Source: an uncultured Chitinophaga sp.
Lineage (GTDB): Bacteria > Bacteroidota > Bacteroidia > UKL13-3
DNA length: 64,000 nucleotides
Assembly: GCA_964355075.1 (NCBI GenBank)
Contig: CAYHCF010000008.1
Span: forward strand, 4,795 to 68,794
Reading direction: 5' to 3'
The notes under the pieces are model-generated. The model ran no database searches and was not told the origin of the DNA. It saw only the letters and a program-made list of their open reading frames with translations. Below are positions 9,128 to 18,461 of this stretch, piece by piece (position 1 is the first letter of the stretch; each line of letters starts with the position of its first letter). The translations under genes and the position numbers were made by a program.

Positions 9128-10240
9128 CTACCATTTGAGCAATTTATAAAAACAACTCCGGTTCCTGCATTTCAGACTCAAAAAATGCAATCCTGAAGAG
9201 AGAACCGATATATTTATTTTATCCTGAATATTAATTTCCCCTTCAGATTCAATCTCACCTTTTACTGAATAAATAATATACGCCCACTCCTCTTCCAGAC
9301 CAAATACCGAAACAAAATCTGTTGAAGGATTTGGATAAATAAAAATGGGATTCAAATCATTTTGGGGTTCGGTAACACCCGTAATATAAGGTTGCCCGGT
9401 ATAGATCATTAAGTAGTTTCCCGAAGCTAATTTTACAACGGAAGGATCACCTCCTTGCACATTGGTATTCACATAATTCTGCCAAACCCCACCATTCGCC
9501 GAAGTATTAAACCACACTTGCTGACCACTTCCATAAAACCGCAATTCTCCGGGTGCGTTTACCATAAAATTACCTGTCCAGTTATGCATATTATCCGAAA
9601 AATAATTTCCCTGTTGCGTAAAATTAATTCCATTATTACTGGTGCAATGATAAGCCCCATCCTGGGGAGCTCCTGCCGGGGCTGCATAATGCCACATGCC
9701 GTTAAAATAAATAGCTGCGGGATCAATAACAGGTTTAGTGGGATGGTCGAACCGTGCGTTGGGTTCAAAAAAATAATGAACGCCATCGGTTGTTATGGCC
9801 GAATAGGTATTGATGATCGAATCCAATCCCATAACCGGTATTCCATTACTGGATGAAAAATAAATGCGTAAACTATCTTTATTGAGCACCGCGAGGGTTG
9901 GATCAAACGGCCTTTGTGAATTTGGCGGAAGCCCGATAACTATTATGGGAGTCGGTGGGGTCCAGTTAATGCCTCCATTGTACGAAAACTTAACAGCAAC
10001 TCTATCCCAGCTTGGAGAAGGATTGGGTTGCCTGAACCATTGAAACACACATACGAGGGTATCGCCTTTCCACCGGATGGCTGAAGCAACGCCCGATGAA
10101 TCCTGAAAAATTGCGTTGTTATTAAAATTTGTACCATCTGCAGACCAGGCCATTTTCAAAGGGCTTTCCCAGGGAGGATGACCCTGACCAAAGGAATTGA
10201 TAGCAAAAAATAAAAATAGTAGCAGTGTTAAATTTTTCAT
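9128..10240 (-). CDS. Secreted beta-propeller (glycoside-hydrolase-like) protein with T9SS type A CTD
   Basis: Signal peptide; repeated DP blade motifs (FDPT, IDPA, GDPS); CTD with IYPNPS...LSSGLHFL...YKLLKW. Confidence 0.7.
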   Translation of the reverse strand: MKNLTLLLFLFFAINSFGQGHPPWESPLKMAWSADGTNFNNNAIFQDSSGVASAIRWKGDTLVCVFQWFRQPNPSPSWDRVAVKFSYNGGINWTPPTPIIVIGLPPNSQRPFDPTLAVLNKDSLRIYFSSSNGIPVMGLDSIINTYSAITTDGVHYFFEPNARFDHPTKPVIDPAAIYFNGMWHYAAPAGAPQDGAYHCTSNNGINFTQQGNYFSDNMHNWTGNFMVNAPGELRFYGSGQQVWFNTSANGGVWQNYVNTNVQGGDPSVVKLASGNYLMIYTGQPYITGVTEPQNDLNPIFIYPNPSTDFVSVFGLEEEWAYIIYSVKGEIESEGEINIQDKINISVLSSGLHFLSLKCRNRSCFYKLLKW

Positions 10241-10364
10241 GGGTCTTTGACTTTACGACTTTGACTAAAATACAAACTGCAATTTAATGATTATTTGTAT
10301 TCGGTGAGTAGTATTCGGTAAGCGGTTCATTATATTCGCACACGCATCAAAAGTCCTCTAATAT

Positions 10365-10988
10365 ATGAATCCTGAACCAAACCCTGAATCTGCTTGTCTT
10401 CCGCTCATGGAACACTTTTACACCATACAGGGTGAGGGTTACCACAGTGGAAGGGCCGCGTATTTTTTGAGATTGGGAGGCTGCGATGTAGGATGTGTTT
10501 GGTGCGATGTAAAAGATAGCTGGGATGCATCCAAACACCCGCAGGTTTCCATATCAGAAATGAAAAGATGGATAGAGGAAACCAAAGCCGAAATGGTGGT
10601 GATAACAGGAGGTGAACCGCTGATGCATAACCTGGATCAACTTACCAAAACAATACAGGAAGTGGGGATCGAAACCAATATCGAAACCTCAGGAGCCTAT
10701 CCATTAAGTGGCAATTGGAACTGGATTTGTGTTTCGCCAAAAAAATTTAAATATCCTTTGCAGGAAGTCTTGGGTCAGGCCAACGAATTAAAAATTGTGG
10801 TGTTCAACAAAAGCGATTTCGACTGGGCCGAAAAACAGGCATCATTGGTAAACCCGACCTGCAAATTATACCTGCAACCCGAATGGGATCAATCTGCAAA
10901 AATATTGCCTCAGATAATTGATTACGTTAAACAAAATCCCAGGTGGAAAATAAGTCTGCAAACACATAAGTTTTTGGATATCCCTTAA
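10365..10988 (+). CDS. queE: 7-carboxy-7-deazaguanine synthase (radical SAM)
   Basis: FYTIQGEG, CDVGCVWCD (CxxxCxxC), ITGGEP, ETSG and SLQTHK motifs. Confidence 0.95.
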   Translation: MNPEPNPESACLPLMEHFYTIQGEGYHSGRAAYFLRLGGCDVGCVWCDVKDSWDASKHPQVSISEMKRWIEETKAEMVVITGGEPLMHNLDQLTKTIQEVGIETNIETSGAYPLSGNWNWICVSPKKFKYPLQEVLGQANELKIVVFNKSDFDWAEKQASLVNPTCKLYLQPEWDQSAKILPQIIDYVKQNPRWKISLQTHKFLDIP

Positions 10989-11023
10989 GCAGAACATAGA
11001 AGCGAGAAAAAACATTTCTCATC

Positions 11024-12283
11024 TCATTTGTCATCCTGAGCTTGTCGAAGGGTCTCATTTCTAGCTTCACCACTAACTTCCAAACCAATCTCATGCCCCA
11101 TCTTATCCCGTTTGGTATCTAAATATTTCTTGTTATGCGGATTGGGTTTTACAGCTAAGGCCACATTTTCAACGATTTCCAAACCGTAACCGATTAAACC
11201 TGCCCGTTTGGTTGGATTATTGGTCATTAAACGCATTTTTTGAACGCCCATCTCCCTCAAAATTTGTGCGCCAACACCATAATCGCGTTCATCCATTTTA
11301 AATCCTAACCGGATATTGGCATCAACCGTATCTAATCCTTGTTCCTGCAATTTATAGGCCTTCAGTTTATTAGTTAAACCAATGCCCCTCCCCTCCTGGT
11401 TGATATAAAGAATCATTCCTTTGCCTTCCTTCTCTATCATTTCCATTGCCTTATGCAACTGGTCACCACAATCGCAGCGCATGGAGTGAAAAATATCCCC
11501 CGTAATGCAAGAGGAATGCACCCGTACCAGAACAGGTTCATCTTCTGTCCAGCTGCCTTTTTGCAAAACTAAGTGCTCTTCTCCGGTATCAATTTGTTTG
11601 AAAGCGGTTAATATGAAATCTCCATATTTTGTTGGCATATCAACCGAAATAATTCGCTGAATTAAAGTTTCGTTATTTAAGCGGTAAGCAATCAAATCTT
11701 TGATGGTTACCAATTTCATTTCAAACTTTTCAGCGATCTTAATTAAATCAGGAACCCTTGCCATGGTTCCGTCCTCATTCAAAATCTCTACAATACAACC
11801 TGCCGGTTCAAAACCTGCTAATCGGGCAAAATCGATGGCTGCTTCGGTATGGCCTGCTCTTCTTAATACGCCTTCCGCACGCGCTTTCAGGGGGAAGATA
11901 TGGCCGGGTTTTCCTAAATCTTCCGGCTTGGTTTTTGGATCAATCAATGCCTGAACCGTTTTGGCTCTGTCTTGTGCTGAAATACCTGTTGTGCATCCTT
12001 TACCTAATAAATCAACGGATACGGTAAAAGGCGTTTCGTGTGAAGTCGTATTATCAACAACCATCATATCGAGCTTTAACTCATGGCATCGTGTATCAAT
12101 TAAGGGCGCACAGATAAGGCCTCTGCCTTCTTTTGCCATAAAATTAATAACCTTTGGGGTAACACTTCTGGCTGCAATCAGGAAATCCCCTTCATTCTCA
12201 CGGTCCTCATCATCCACCACAATGATCATTTTCCCATTTCGGATATCTTCTATCGCTTCCTCTATCGTGTTGAACCTAAACAT
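11024..12283 (-). CDS. ribBA: Bifunctional DHBP synthase / GTP cyclohydrolase II
   Basis: [34 protein letters not shown]...CDCG and QEGRGIGL motifs. Confidence 0.97.
   Translation of the reverse strand: MFRFNTIEEAIEDIRNGKMIIVVDDEDRENEGDFLIAARSVTPKVINFMAKEGRGLICAPLIDTRCHELKLDMMVVDNTTSHETPFTVSVDLLGKGCTTGISAQDRAKTVQALIDPKTKPEDLGKPGHIFPLKARAEGVLRRAGHTEAAIDFARLAGFEPAGCIVEILNEDGTMARVPDLIKIAEKFEMKLVTIKDLIAYRLNNETLIQRIISVDMPTKYGDFILTAFKQIDTGEEHLVLQKGSWTEDEPVLVRVHSSCITGDIFHSMRCDCGDQLHKAMEMIEKEGKGMILYINQEGRGIGLTNKLKAYKLQEQGLDTVDANIRLGFKMDERDYGVGAQILREMGVQKMRLMTNNPTKRAGLIGYGLEIVENVALAVKPNPHNKKYLDTKRDKMGHEIGLEVSGEARNETLRQAQDDK
11029..11051. repeat. REP-like half element TGTCATCCTGAGCTTGTCGAAGG inside the ribBA 3' end
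   Basis: Resembles the Bacteroidota REP-type motif CTTCGACAAGCTCAG..TGAC; translated as LRQAQDD on the minus strand. Confidence 0.7.
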
Positions 12284-12388
12284 ATTTTAACTGAATAATC
12301 TGCGAATATCGCGCTCTTTGGCGAATCAGCCAATTTAATTTGAAAACCTTCCAATTGTTTTCTGGTTTGTTTACAGCAAAAGAAAGAG

Positions 12389-12579
12389 GCCACTAAGGCG
12401 GGAAGGCGCAAAGGGTAAGTATATATTTCTTCGCGTCTTGGCGTCTTCGTGGCTATTTTTTTAGGCTACGAAGCAACAAAGAAACTAAGGTTAACAAAAT
12501 AATGGATACCTGAATTTATCATTTTGTTCCTTTGTTGCTTTGTAGCAAAAAAAACTTTGCGCCTTTGAGCCTTAGTGGC
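12389..12579. repeat. Nested palindromic element made of five 25-bp arms (GCCAC/GCTAC..AAG, 8-bp AAG period)
   Basis: Arms 12389-12413 and 12555-12579 match 22/25 as inverted repeats; 12465-12489 and 12522-12546 match 21/25; an extra arm lies at 12429-12453. Confidence 0.85.
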
Positions 12580-12638
12580 AAAAAAAAGACCACTCATTGG
12601 ATAGAGATACATTAACAGAATAAACCTAAAATTGCGGA

Positions 12639-14546
12639 ATGAATTATTTGCGCGGCGAAAATTTAGCCAAAAGATTTGGGGAAAGAATACTGTTCCAAGA
12701 CATCTCCTTTACCCTCGTGAAAGGCGAAAGAGTTGCGCTGATTGCAAAAAACGGAACGGGAAAATCTTCTTTATTAAATATTTTAACACAAAATGACGAG
12801 CCGGATGCGGGTTCCGTTACGATCGATAAAAATATTAAATGGGCTTATTTAGAGCAGGAACCCACCTTTGAAGATACAGAAACAATATGGCAAGCAGTAT
12901 TTAATTCGGATAATGAATTGTTAAATGTTGTTGCGGCCTATGAACTGATTCTTGAAGAAATTGAAGAGGATCCGGATGACCTGAAACTACAGAAACGATT
13001 GCAGGAGTATATGGAACAAATGGATTCCCTATCGGCATGGGACATTGAAGTTCGGGTGCATACCATATTAACCCAGTTAAATCTGCATCACCATTTGCAT
13101 CAAGCCACCCATTCCTTAAGTGGAGGAGAAAAAAAACGACTTGCCTTAGCCCGGGTTTTGATCCAAAGTCCGGATATGCTCATTATGGATGAACCCACCA
13201 ATCATCTGGATATAAAAATGATTGAATGGCTGGAGGCTTATTTGAAATCACAGGATATTACGCTCTTAGTGGTAACACATGATCGCTATTTTTTGGATAA
13301 TATTTGTACTGAAATTATTGAACTCGACTTAGGTCAGTTATATGTGTACAGGGGAAATTACGCTTATTTTTTAGAGAAAAAAGAAATGCGTGAAACCTAC
13401 CAGGCCAAAGAAGCGGATCAGGCCAGAAAGCTTGCCCGTAAAGAGCTTGAATGGATGCGCAGGCAGCCAAAAGCACGCACCACAAAATCAAAAAGCCGGA
13501 TCGATGCCTATTATGAAATAAAAGAAAAGGCCGCATTTAGAAAAGACGATTCTTTGGTTGAGATAAACATGCAGATGCAACGTATGGGTTCAAAAATTAT
13601 TGAAGTACATAACCTCTGCAAGCATTTTGGCAACAATAAAATTGTAAATGATTTTACCTATATGTTTAAACGGGGTGAACGTATTGGGGTGGTGGGTAAA
13701 AACGGAGTCGGAAAAAGCACTTTTTTAAACCTGCTGCTCGGCATTGAAAAACAGGATTCGGGAAAAATAATTAAAGGAGATACGGTTAAGTTTGGCTATT
13801 ACGGCCAGCAAGGTTTACACATAAAAGAAGATAAAAGAGTCATTGAGGTCATTACAGATATTGCAGAATATTTTGAAGTGGGGAAAGGCCAGAAGCTTAC
13901 TGCTGCCGGCATGCTAAAGCTGTTTTTATTTGATCCTAAAAAACAACATAATCAGGTAAGTTCATTAAGCGGTGGCGAAAAAAGAAGGCTTTATCTGCTT
14001 ACAGTACTGATGAAAAAGCCAAATTTTCTGGTGATGGATGAACCCACAAACGATCTGGATATCGAAACCCTGAATGTTTTGGAAGAGTTCCTTGAAAACT
14101 TTGAAGGCTGTTTATTGGTTGTTACCCACGACCGGTATTTTATGGATACACTCGTGGATAAACTATTTGTATTTGAAGGGGAAGGAAAAATTAAAGACTT
14201 CAATGGGAATTATCAGGATTATATCAATTATCTGGAAGATACCAGGCAGGAAGCCAATGCCCAAAAACAAGGTATTTCAAGAGCAAAAAAGGAAACTTTT
14301 AAACGGGTTGAACCCACCTCTGTAAAAGCCGAGAAAAGAAAATTAAGTTTCAAGGAGCAAAGAGAATTTGAGCAATTAAGTATTGAAATGGATGCGCTTC
14401 AAAAAACAAAAACTGAACTTGAACAAAAACTTTCATCCGGAAGTAATAACCACGAGGAGTTGACAGCCTGGAGCAGGGAAATTGAAATCATCAACAAACT
14501 TATTGATGAAAAAGAACTGCGTTGGTTTGAATTGAGTGAATTGTAA
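12639..14546 (+). CDS. ABC-F family ATPase (Uup-like)
   Basis: Two ABC cassettes (NGTGKS/NGVGKST, LSGGE, DEPTN, VTHDRYF), no TM segments, C-terminal KLSFKEQRE coiled coil. Confidence 0.92.
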   Translation: MNYLRGENLAKRFGERILFQDISFTLVKGERVALIAKNGTGKSSLLNILTQNDEPDAGSVTIDKNIKWAYLEQEPTFEDTETIWQAVFNSDNELLNVVAAYELILEEIEEDPDDLKLQKRLQEYMEQMDSLSAWDIEVRVHTILTQLNLHHHLHQATHSLSGGEKKRLALARVLIQSPDMLIMDEPTNHLDIKMIEWLEAYLKSQDITLLVVTHDRYFLDNICTEIIELDLGQLYVYRGNYAYFLEKKEMRETYQAKEADQARKLARKELEWMRRQPKARTTKSKSRIDAYYEIKEKAAFRKDDSLVEINMQMQRMGSKIIEVHNLCKHFGNNKIVNDFTYMFKRGERIGVVGKNGVGKSTFLNLLLGIEKQDSGKIIKGDTVKFGYYGQQGLHIKEDKRVIEVITDIAEYFEVGKGQKLTAAGMLKLFLFDPKKQHNQVSSLSGGEKRRLYLLTVLMKKPNFLVMDEPTNDLDIETLNVLEEFLENFEGCLLVVTHDRYFMDTLVDKLFVFEGEGKIKDFNGNYQDYINYLEDTRQEANAQKQGISRAKKETFKRVEPTSVKAEKRKLSFKEQREFEQLSIEMDALQKTKTELEQKLSSGSNNHEELTAWSREIEIINKLIDEKELRWFELSEL

Positions 14547-14590
14547 TTAATAATAAAGCCTTCCCAAATTTTAACATTAAGTTTGCAGCT

Positions 14591-15316
14591 ATGGAAAGAG
14601 TGAAAGTGGTGCCTTTTAAAAGTATGATAATTGAAGAAGATGATCATTTTATTTTCATCAATAAACCTGCGCATTATTCCTCTTTAGACGACCGGCATAG
14701 TGATGTTTACTCCATTATTCGTCAGGCAAAGAAATACAATGAAAACCTGCAACTTTGCCATCGCTTAGACAAAGAAACCAGCGGCATTTTAGTAATAGCA
14801 AAAAACGAAGAAGTTTACCGCGAGATGTCAATTTGTTTTGAAAAGCGATTGGTTGAAAAGGTTTATCATGCCATTGTAAGCGGCGTGCTGAATGTTACGG
14901 ATCAAAAGATAATGCTGCCTTTGGGTCAAACCGCTAAAGGAATTGCCAAAATTGATATGCAGGAGGGTAAGCCTTCAACAACAATCGTTAGTACACTAAA
15001 AAACTTCAGGCATTATTCCTTAATGGCCTGTAAGCCCATAACCGGGAGGCTTCATCAGATCAGGATTCACTTAGCTTCACAGAATTTCCCTGTGGTTTCC
15101 GATTTAACTTATGGAGGAAAGATGCCCTTTCTATCTCATATCAAACCTAAATTCAAGGAAGGAAAATGGAGCATTGAAGAGCCTATGATGAAACGCGTAG
15201 CCTTGCATGCCTATTCCATTCACTTCACTTTATTCGAAAAGCAATATCATGTGGAGGCACCCTATCCGAAAGATTTTGAGGTATTGTTGAAGTTACTGGA
15301 AAAGTATGATGCGTAA
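14591..15316 (+). CDS. RluA-family RNA pseudouridine synthase
   Basis: INKP, HRLDKETSG, TGRLHQIRIHL and ALHAYSI motifs; TAAGTTTG box at 14578-14585. Confidence 0.92.
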   Translation: MERVKVVPFKSMIIEEDDHFIFINKPAHYSSLDDRHSDVYSIIRQAKKYNENLQLCHRLDKETSGILVIAKNEEVYREMSICFEKRLVEKVYHAIVSGVLNVTDQKIMLPLGQTAKGIAKIDMQEGKPSTTIVSTLKNFRHYSLMACKPITGRLHQIRIHLASQNFPVVSDLTYGGKMPFLSHIKPKFKEGKWSIEEPMMKRVALHAYSIHFTLFEKQYHVEAPYPKDFEVLLKLLEKYDA

Positions 15317-15322
15317 TGATGG

Positions 15323-15389
15323 TTTAAAGAATCAGTTGTTTTTATTAAATGAGCATCAAATTGAATTCGATGAGAAGTACATATTATAA
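15323..15389 (+). pseudogene. C-terminal remnant of an IS200/IS605-family (Y1/RAYT-type) transposase
   Basis: FKE at 15323-15331, then in another frame LLNEHQIEFDEKYIL* at 15342-15389. This resembles the F.EE...L..F.I.YDE.Y C-terminus of Bacteroidota IS200-like TnpA and lies directly before a REP cluster. Confidence 0.6.
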
Positions 15390-15391
15390 AC

Positions 15392-15650
15392 ATTCAACCC
15401 TTTCAGGGTTGATAAGGTTAAATGACATTCATAAACCCCGCCTCGTTTGAGGACGAGACGGGGCTATTATTGTTCAATCCATCCAGGATTGGAAAAAATA
15501 ATTCTGTATTAATTGTGCACGATTACCAACAAGGTTTAATGGTTTTACAATTTGCAGCGAAGCCCGAAAGGCTTCAACAATAATAACCCCGTATGGAATG
15601 CGGGGTTACGGATGCACCACGATACCTTCGCAACCCTGAAGGGGTTGAAT
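15392..15650. mobile_element. About 260-bp REP-doublet/REPIN-like palindromic element
   Basis: Ends ATTCAACCCTTTCAGGGTTG and CAACCCTGAAGGGGTTGAAT are inverted (19/20). Inner inverted pair CGGGGCTATTATTGTTCAATCC / GGCTTCAACAATAATAACCCCG. Each arm carries its own small hairpins. Confidence 0.8.
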
Positions 15651-15691
15651 AAAATCAATTGGGGTGAATGATTCCAAAAACAGGAGTTCTT

Positions 15692-18175
15692 TTAATTTGC
15701 CTTCACCGGTTCAGGAATGGTCAAATCATACGGATGATCAACTTGTTCCTTTAACAGTGCAATATCCAGCACTTGCATCATTTCTTTTACATAATGAAAT
15801 GTTAAGTCGTTTATATAATCTCCTTTAATTTCTGCTACGTCTTTTTTGTTGGTATCACATAGAATAATATCCGTAATTCCTGCACGTTTGGCTGCCAGAA
15901 TTTTTTCTTTAACCCCGCCAATCGGCAATACTTTTCCTCTCAAAGTGATTTCACCTGTCATGGCTAAATTGGGTTTAACTTTTCTTTGTGTAAATACCGA
16001 AGCCAGAGAGGTGAGCATAGTGATTCCGGCACTTGGACCGTCTTTTGGAACAGCACCGGCAGGAACATGGATATGCAAATCAAAATTATCAAAAACTTTG
16101 GGGTCAATACTTAAAACCGCACAATTGGCTTTTAAATAACTTAATGCGGTTATGGCAGATTCTTTCATCACTTCGCCCAGATGACCTGTTAAAGTAAGCT
16201 TGCCTTTACCCTGTGTCAGGATACTTTCTACAAATAAAATTTCACCCCCAACGCTTGTCCAGGCTAAGCCTGTAACCACTCCTGCAACTCCATTACCCTG
16301 ATAAATCTCTTTTTCGCCACGGTCAACTCCCAAAATCTGAATAATACTTTCCAAATCAATTTTTTTGGTAAACTTATTATTCATCACCTTTTCTTTTGCA
16401 ACATGCCTGGATACGGATGCAATTTGTTTTTCCAGACCTCTCACCCCACTTTCACGGGTATAGCCATCAATTATTTTTGCGATAATCTCATCGGATAATT
16501 CAAAGTCTTTTGGAAGCAAACCATGATTGACTTTTTGTTTCGGAACAAGGTATTTCTTTGCAATTTGAATTTTCTCTTCCAGCGTATAACCATTTATTTC
16601 AATGATTTCCATTCTATCAATCAGAGCGGGCTGAATGGTATCCAATGAATTAGCAGTAGCAATAAACATAACATTGGAAAGATCGTATTCAATCTCCACA
16701 TAATTATCGTAAAAGGTACTGTTTTGTTCGGGATCTAATACTTCCAGCAAGGCACTTGACGGATCTCCTCTGAAACTGTTTCCCAATTTATCCACCTCAT
16801 CCAATACAAAAACAGGGTTATTGATTTTTATTTTCTTGAGGCTTTGAATGATTCTGCCGGGCATAGCGCCAATATAAGTTCTTCTGTGACCACGTATTTC
16901 ACTTTCATCGCTCAAACCACCCAAAGAAACACGCGCATATTTTCTACCCAATGCCTTTGCAACCGATTTTCCTAAAGAGGTTTTACCCACACCGGGAGGG
17001 CCGTACAGACAGAGAATCGGACTTTTCATATCTTTTTTCAACTTCAGTACGGCCAGGTATTCAAGAATTCTTTGCTTCACTTTTTCCAATCCGAAATGAT
17101 CTTCATTCAGAACTTTTTCGGCTCTTCTTAAATCAAAATTATCTTTGCTGTTATCGTTCCATGGTAAATCGAGCAATAATTGCAGATAATTGAGTTGAAT
17201 ACCATAATCGGGCGCCATGGGATTGGTTCTGCGTAAACGCTCCAGTTCTTTTTTAAAAGCTTCTTCAACCTTTAAGTTCCATTTCTTCTTTTTAGCAAGT
17301 TGCGATAATCCTTCCACATCCCGTTCAGGTGAATCACCACCCAACTCTTCCTGAATTGCTTTGATTTGCTGTTGTAAAAAGAAATCCCGTTGTTGTTTAT
17401 CCAAATCACCGCGAACCTTACTTTCTATCTGTGCCTTTAGCTCGGTAAACTGGTAATCCTTTTTTAATGCTTCTAATACAATTTGTGCCCTTTGCTTATA
17501 ATTAACTTCCTCCAAAATGGATTGTTTAACGGATAATTCGGCATTCAAATTTGAAGCAACAAAATTAACCAGAAAGGTAGGGCTTTTAATTTTCCTGATT
17601 GCAGAAGCTGCCTCGCTGGGCATATGTGGCGACATGCTGATTATTTTTTGCGCAACATCTTTTATTGATTCTGCCAGTGCTCTTACTTCTTCATCCTCAG
17701 CTATTTCGCCATCAGAAACTGACTTAATTGAGCATTTAATATAGGGTTCGGCTTGCTGAACCGCAACCAATTCAAACCTGCGTTTTCCCTGAATTACCGC
17801 CATGGTACTACCATCCGGCATTTTTATCATACGCAAAATAACAGCAACTGTTCCTATTTTATACAAATCATCAAAACCGGGTTCTTCCGTTTCTGATGAA
17901 AGCTGAGCAACCACACCAACCAATTTTTCGCTCGTTTTATTTGCCTCTTTTAATAATTGAATGGATTTATCTCTTGCAACGGTAATTGGAATTACCACAC
18001 CTGGAAATAAAACAGTATTGCGAAGCGGCAAAATTGGCAGATATGCAGGCAAATCTTCCTTATTCATTACCTCCTCCTCTTCCTGGCTCAACAAGGAAAT
18101 AAAGTCAGAACTCTCTCCATCATCACTAATTACATTACTCAATATCAGATTACCACGATCTTTTTTCATATCCAT
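15692..18175 (-). CDS. lon: ATP-dependent Lon protease
   Basis: LPILPLRNTVLFP LON domain, GPPGVGKTS, RRTYIGAMPGRI and PKDGPSAG catalytic Ser motif. Confidence 0.98.
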   Translation of the reverse strand: MDMKKDRGNLILSNVISDDGESSDFISLLSQEEEEVMNKEDLPAYLPILPLRNTVLFPGVVIPITVARDKSIQLLKEANKTSEKLVGVVAQLSSETEEPGFDDLYKIGTVAVILRMIKMPDGSTMAVIQGKRRFELVAVQQAEPYIKCSIKSVSDGEIAEDEEVRALAESIKDVAQKIISMSPHMPSEAASAIRKIKSPTFLVNFVASNLNAELSVKQSILEEVNYKQRAQIVLEALKKDYQFTELKAQIESKVRGDLDKQQRDFFLQQQIKAIQEELGGDSPERDVEGLSQLAKKKKWNLKVEEAFKKELERLRRTNPMAPDYGIQLNYLQLLLDLPWNDNSKDNFDLRRAEKVLNEDHFGLEKVKQRILEYLAVLKLKKDMKSPILCLYGPPGVGKTSLGKSVAKALGRKYARVSLGGLSDESEIRGHRRTYIGAMPGRIIQSLKKIKINNPVFVLDEVDKLGNSFRGDPSSALLEVLDPEQNSTFYDNYVEIEYDLSNVMFIATANSLDTIQPALIDRMEIIEINGYTLEEKIQIAKKYLVPKQKVNHGLLPKDFELSDEIIAKIIDGYTRESGVRGLEKQIASVSRHVAKEKVMNNKFTKKIDLESIIQILGVDRGEKEIYQGNGVAGVVTGLAWTSVGGEILFVESILTQGKGKLTLTGHLGEVMKESAITALSYLKANCAVLSIDPKVFDNFDLHIHVPAGAVPKDGPSAGITMLTSLASVFTQRKVKPNLAMTGEITLRGKVLPIGGVKEKILAAKRAGITDIILCDTNKKDVAEIKGDYINDLTFHYVKEMMQVLDIALLKEQVDHPYDLTIPEPVKAN

Positions 18176-18268
18176 TTAATATAAAATTCTATTTTAGACC
18201 CTACAATAAGACAATACCCGTGCCACGGATTAAACAAGAAACGGTATAATTTTATACATTCCGCTTAA

Positions 18269-18461
18269 GGTATTCAGTATTCGGTAGAAGAAAAGGTATT
18301 CGGTATGGTTATTACCAATTACCTATAACCAATTACCGATTACCATACCGACATACCAATTACCAATTACCAATTACCGATTACCAATTACCAATTACCG
18401 ATAACTGATTACCGATTACCATACCGACATACCAATTACCGATTACTAATTACCAATTACC
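18269..18461. repeat. Bipartite heptamer array: short GTATTCGGT arm and long ATTACCA/ATTACCG arm (about 20 units)
   Basis: Read directly; a 33-bp higher-order duplication at 18332-18364 and 18408-18440; the last unit contains the trmH stop codon. Confidence 0.95.

Noticed and set aside
12284-12390. FMN riboswitch upstream of ribBA
   Set aside because: The conserved FMN aptamer motifs (e.g. AGGGCGGGGTGAAATTCCCGACCGG) are not seen on the minus strand; the nearby structure is explained by the palindromic arms.
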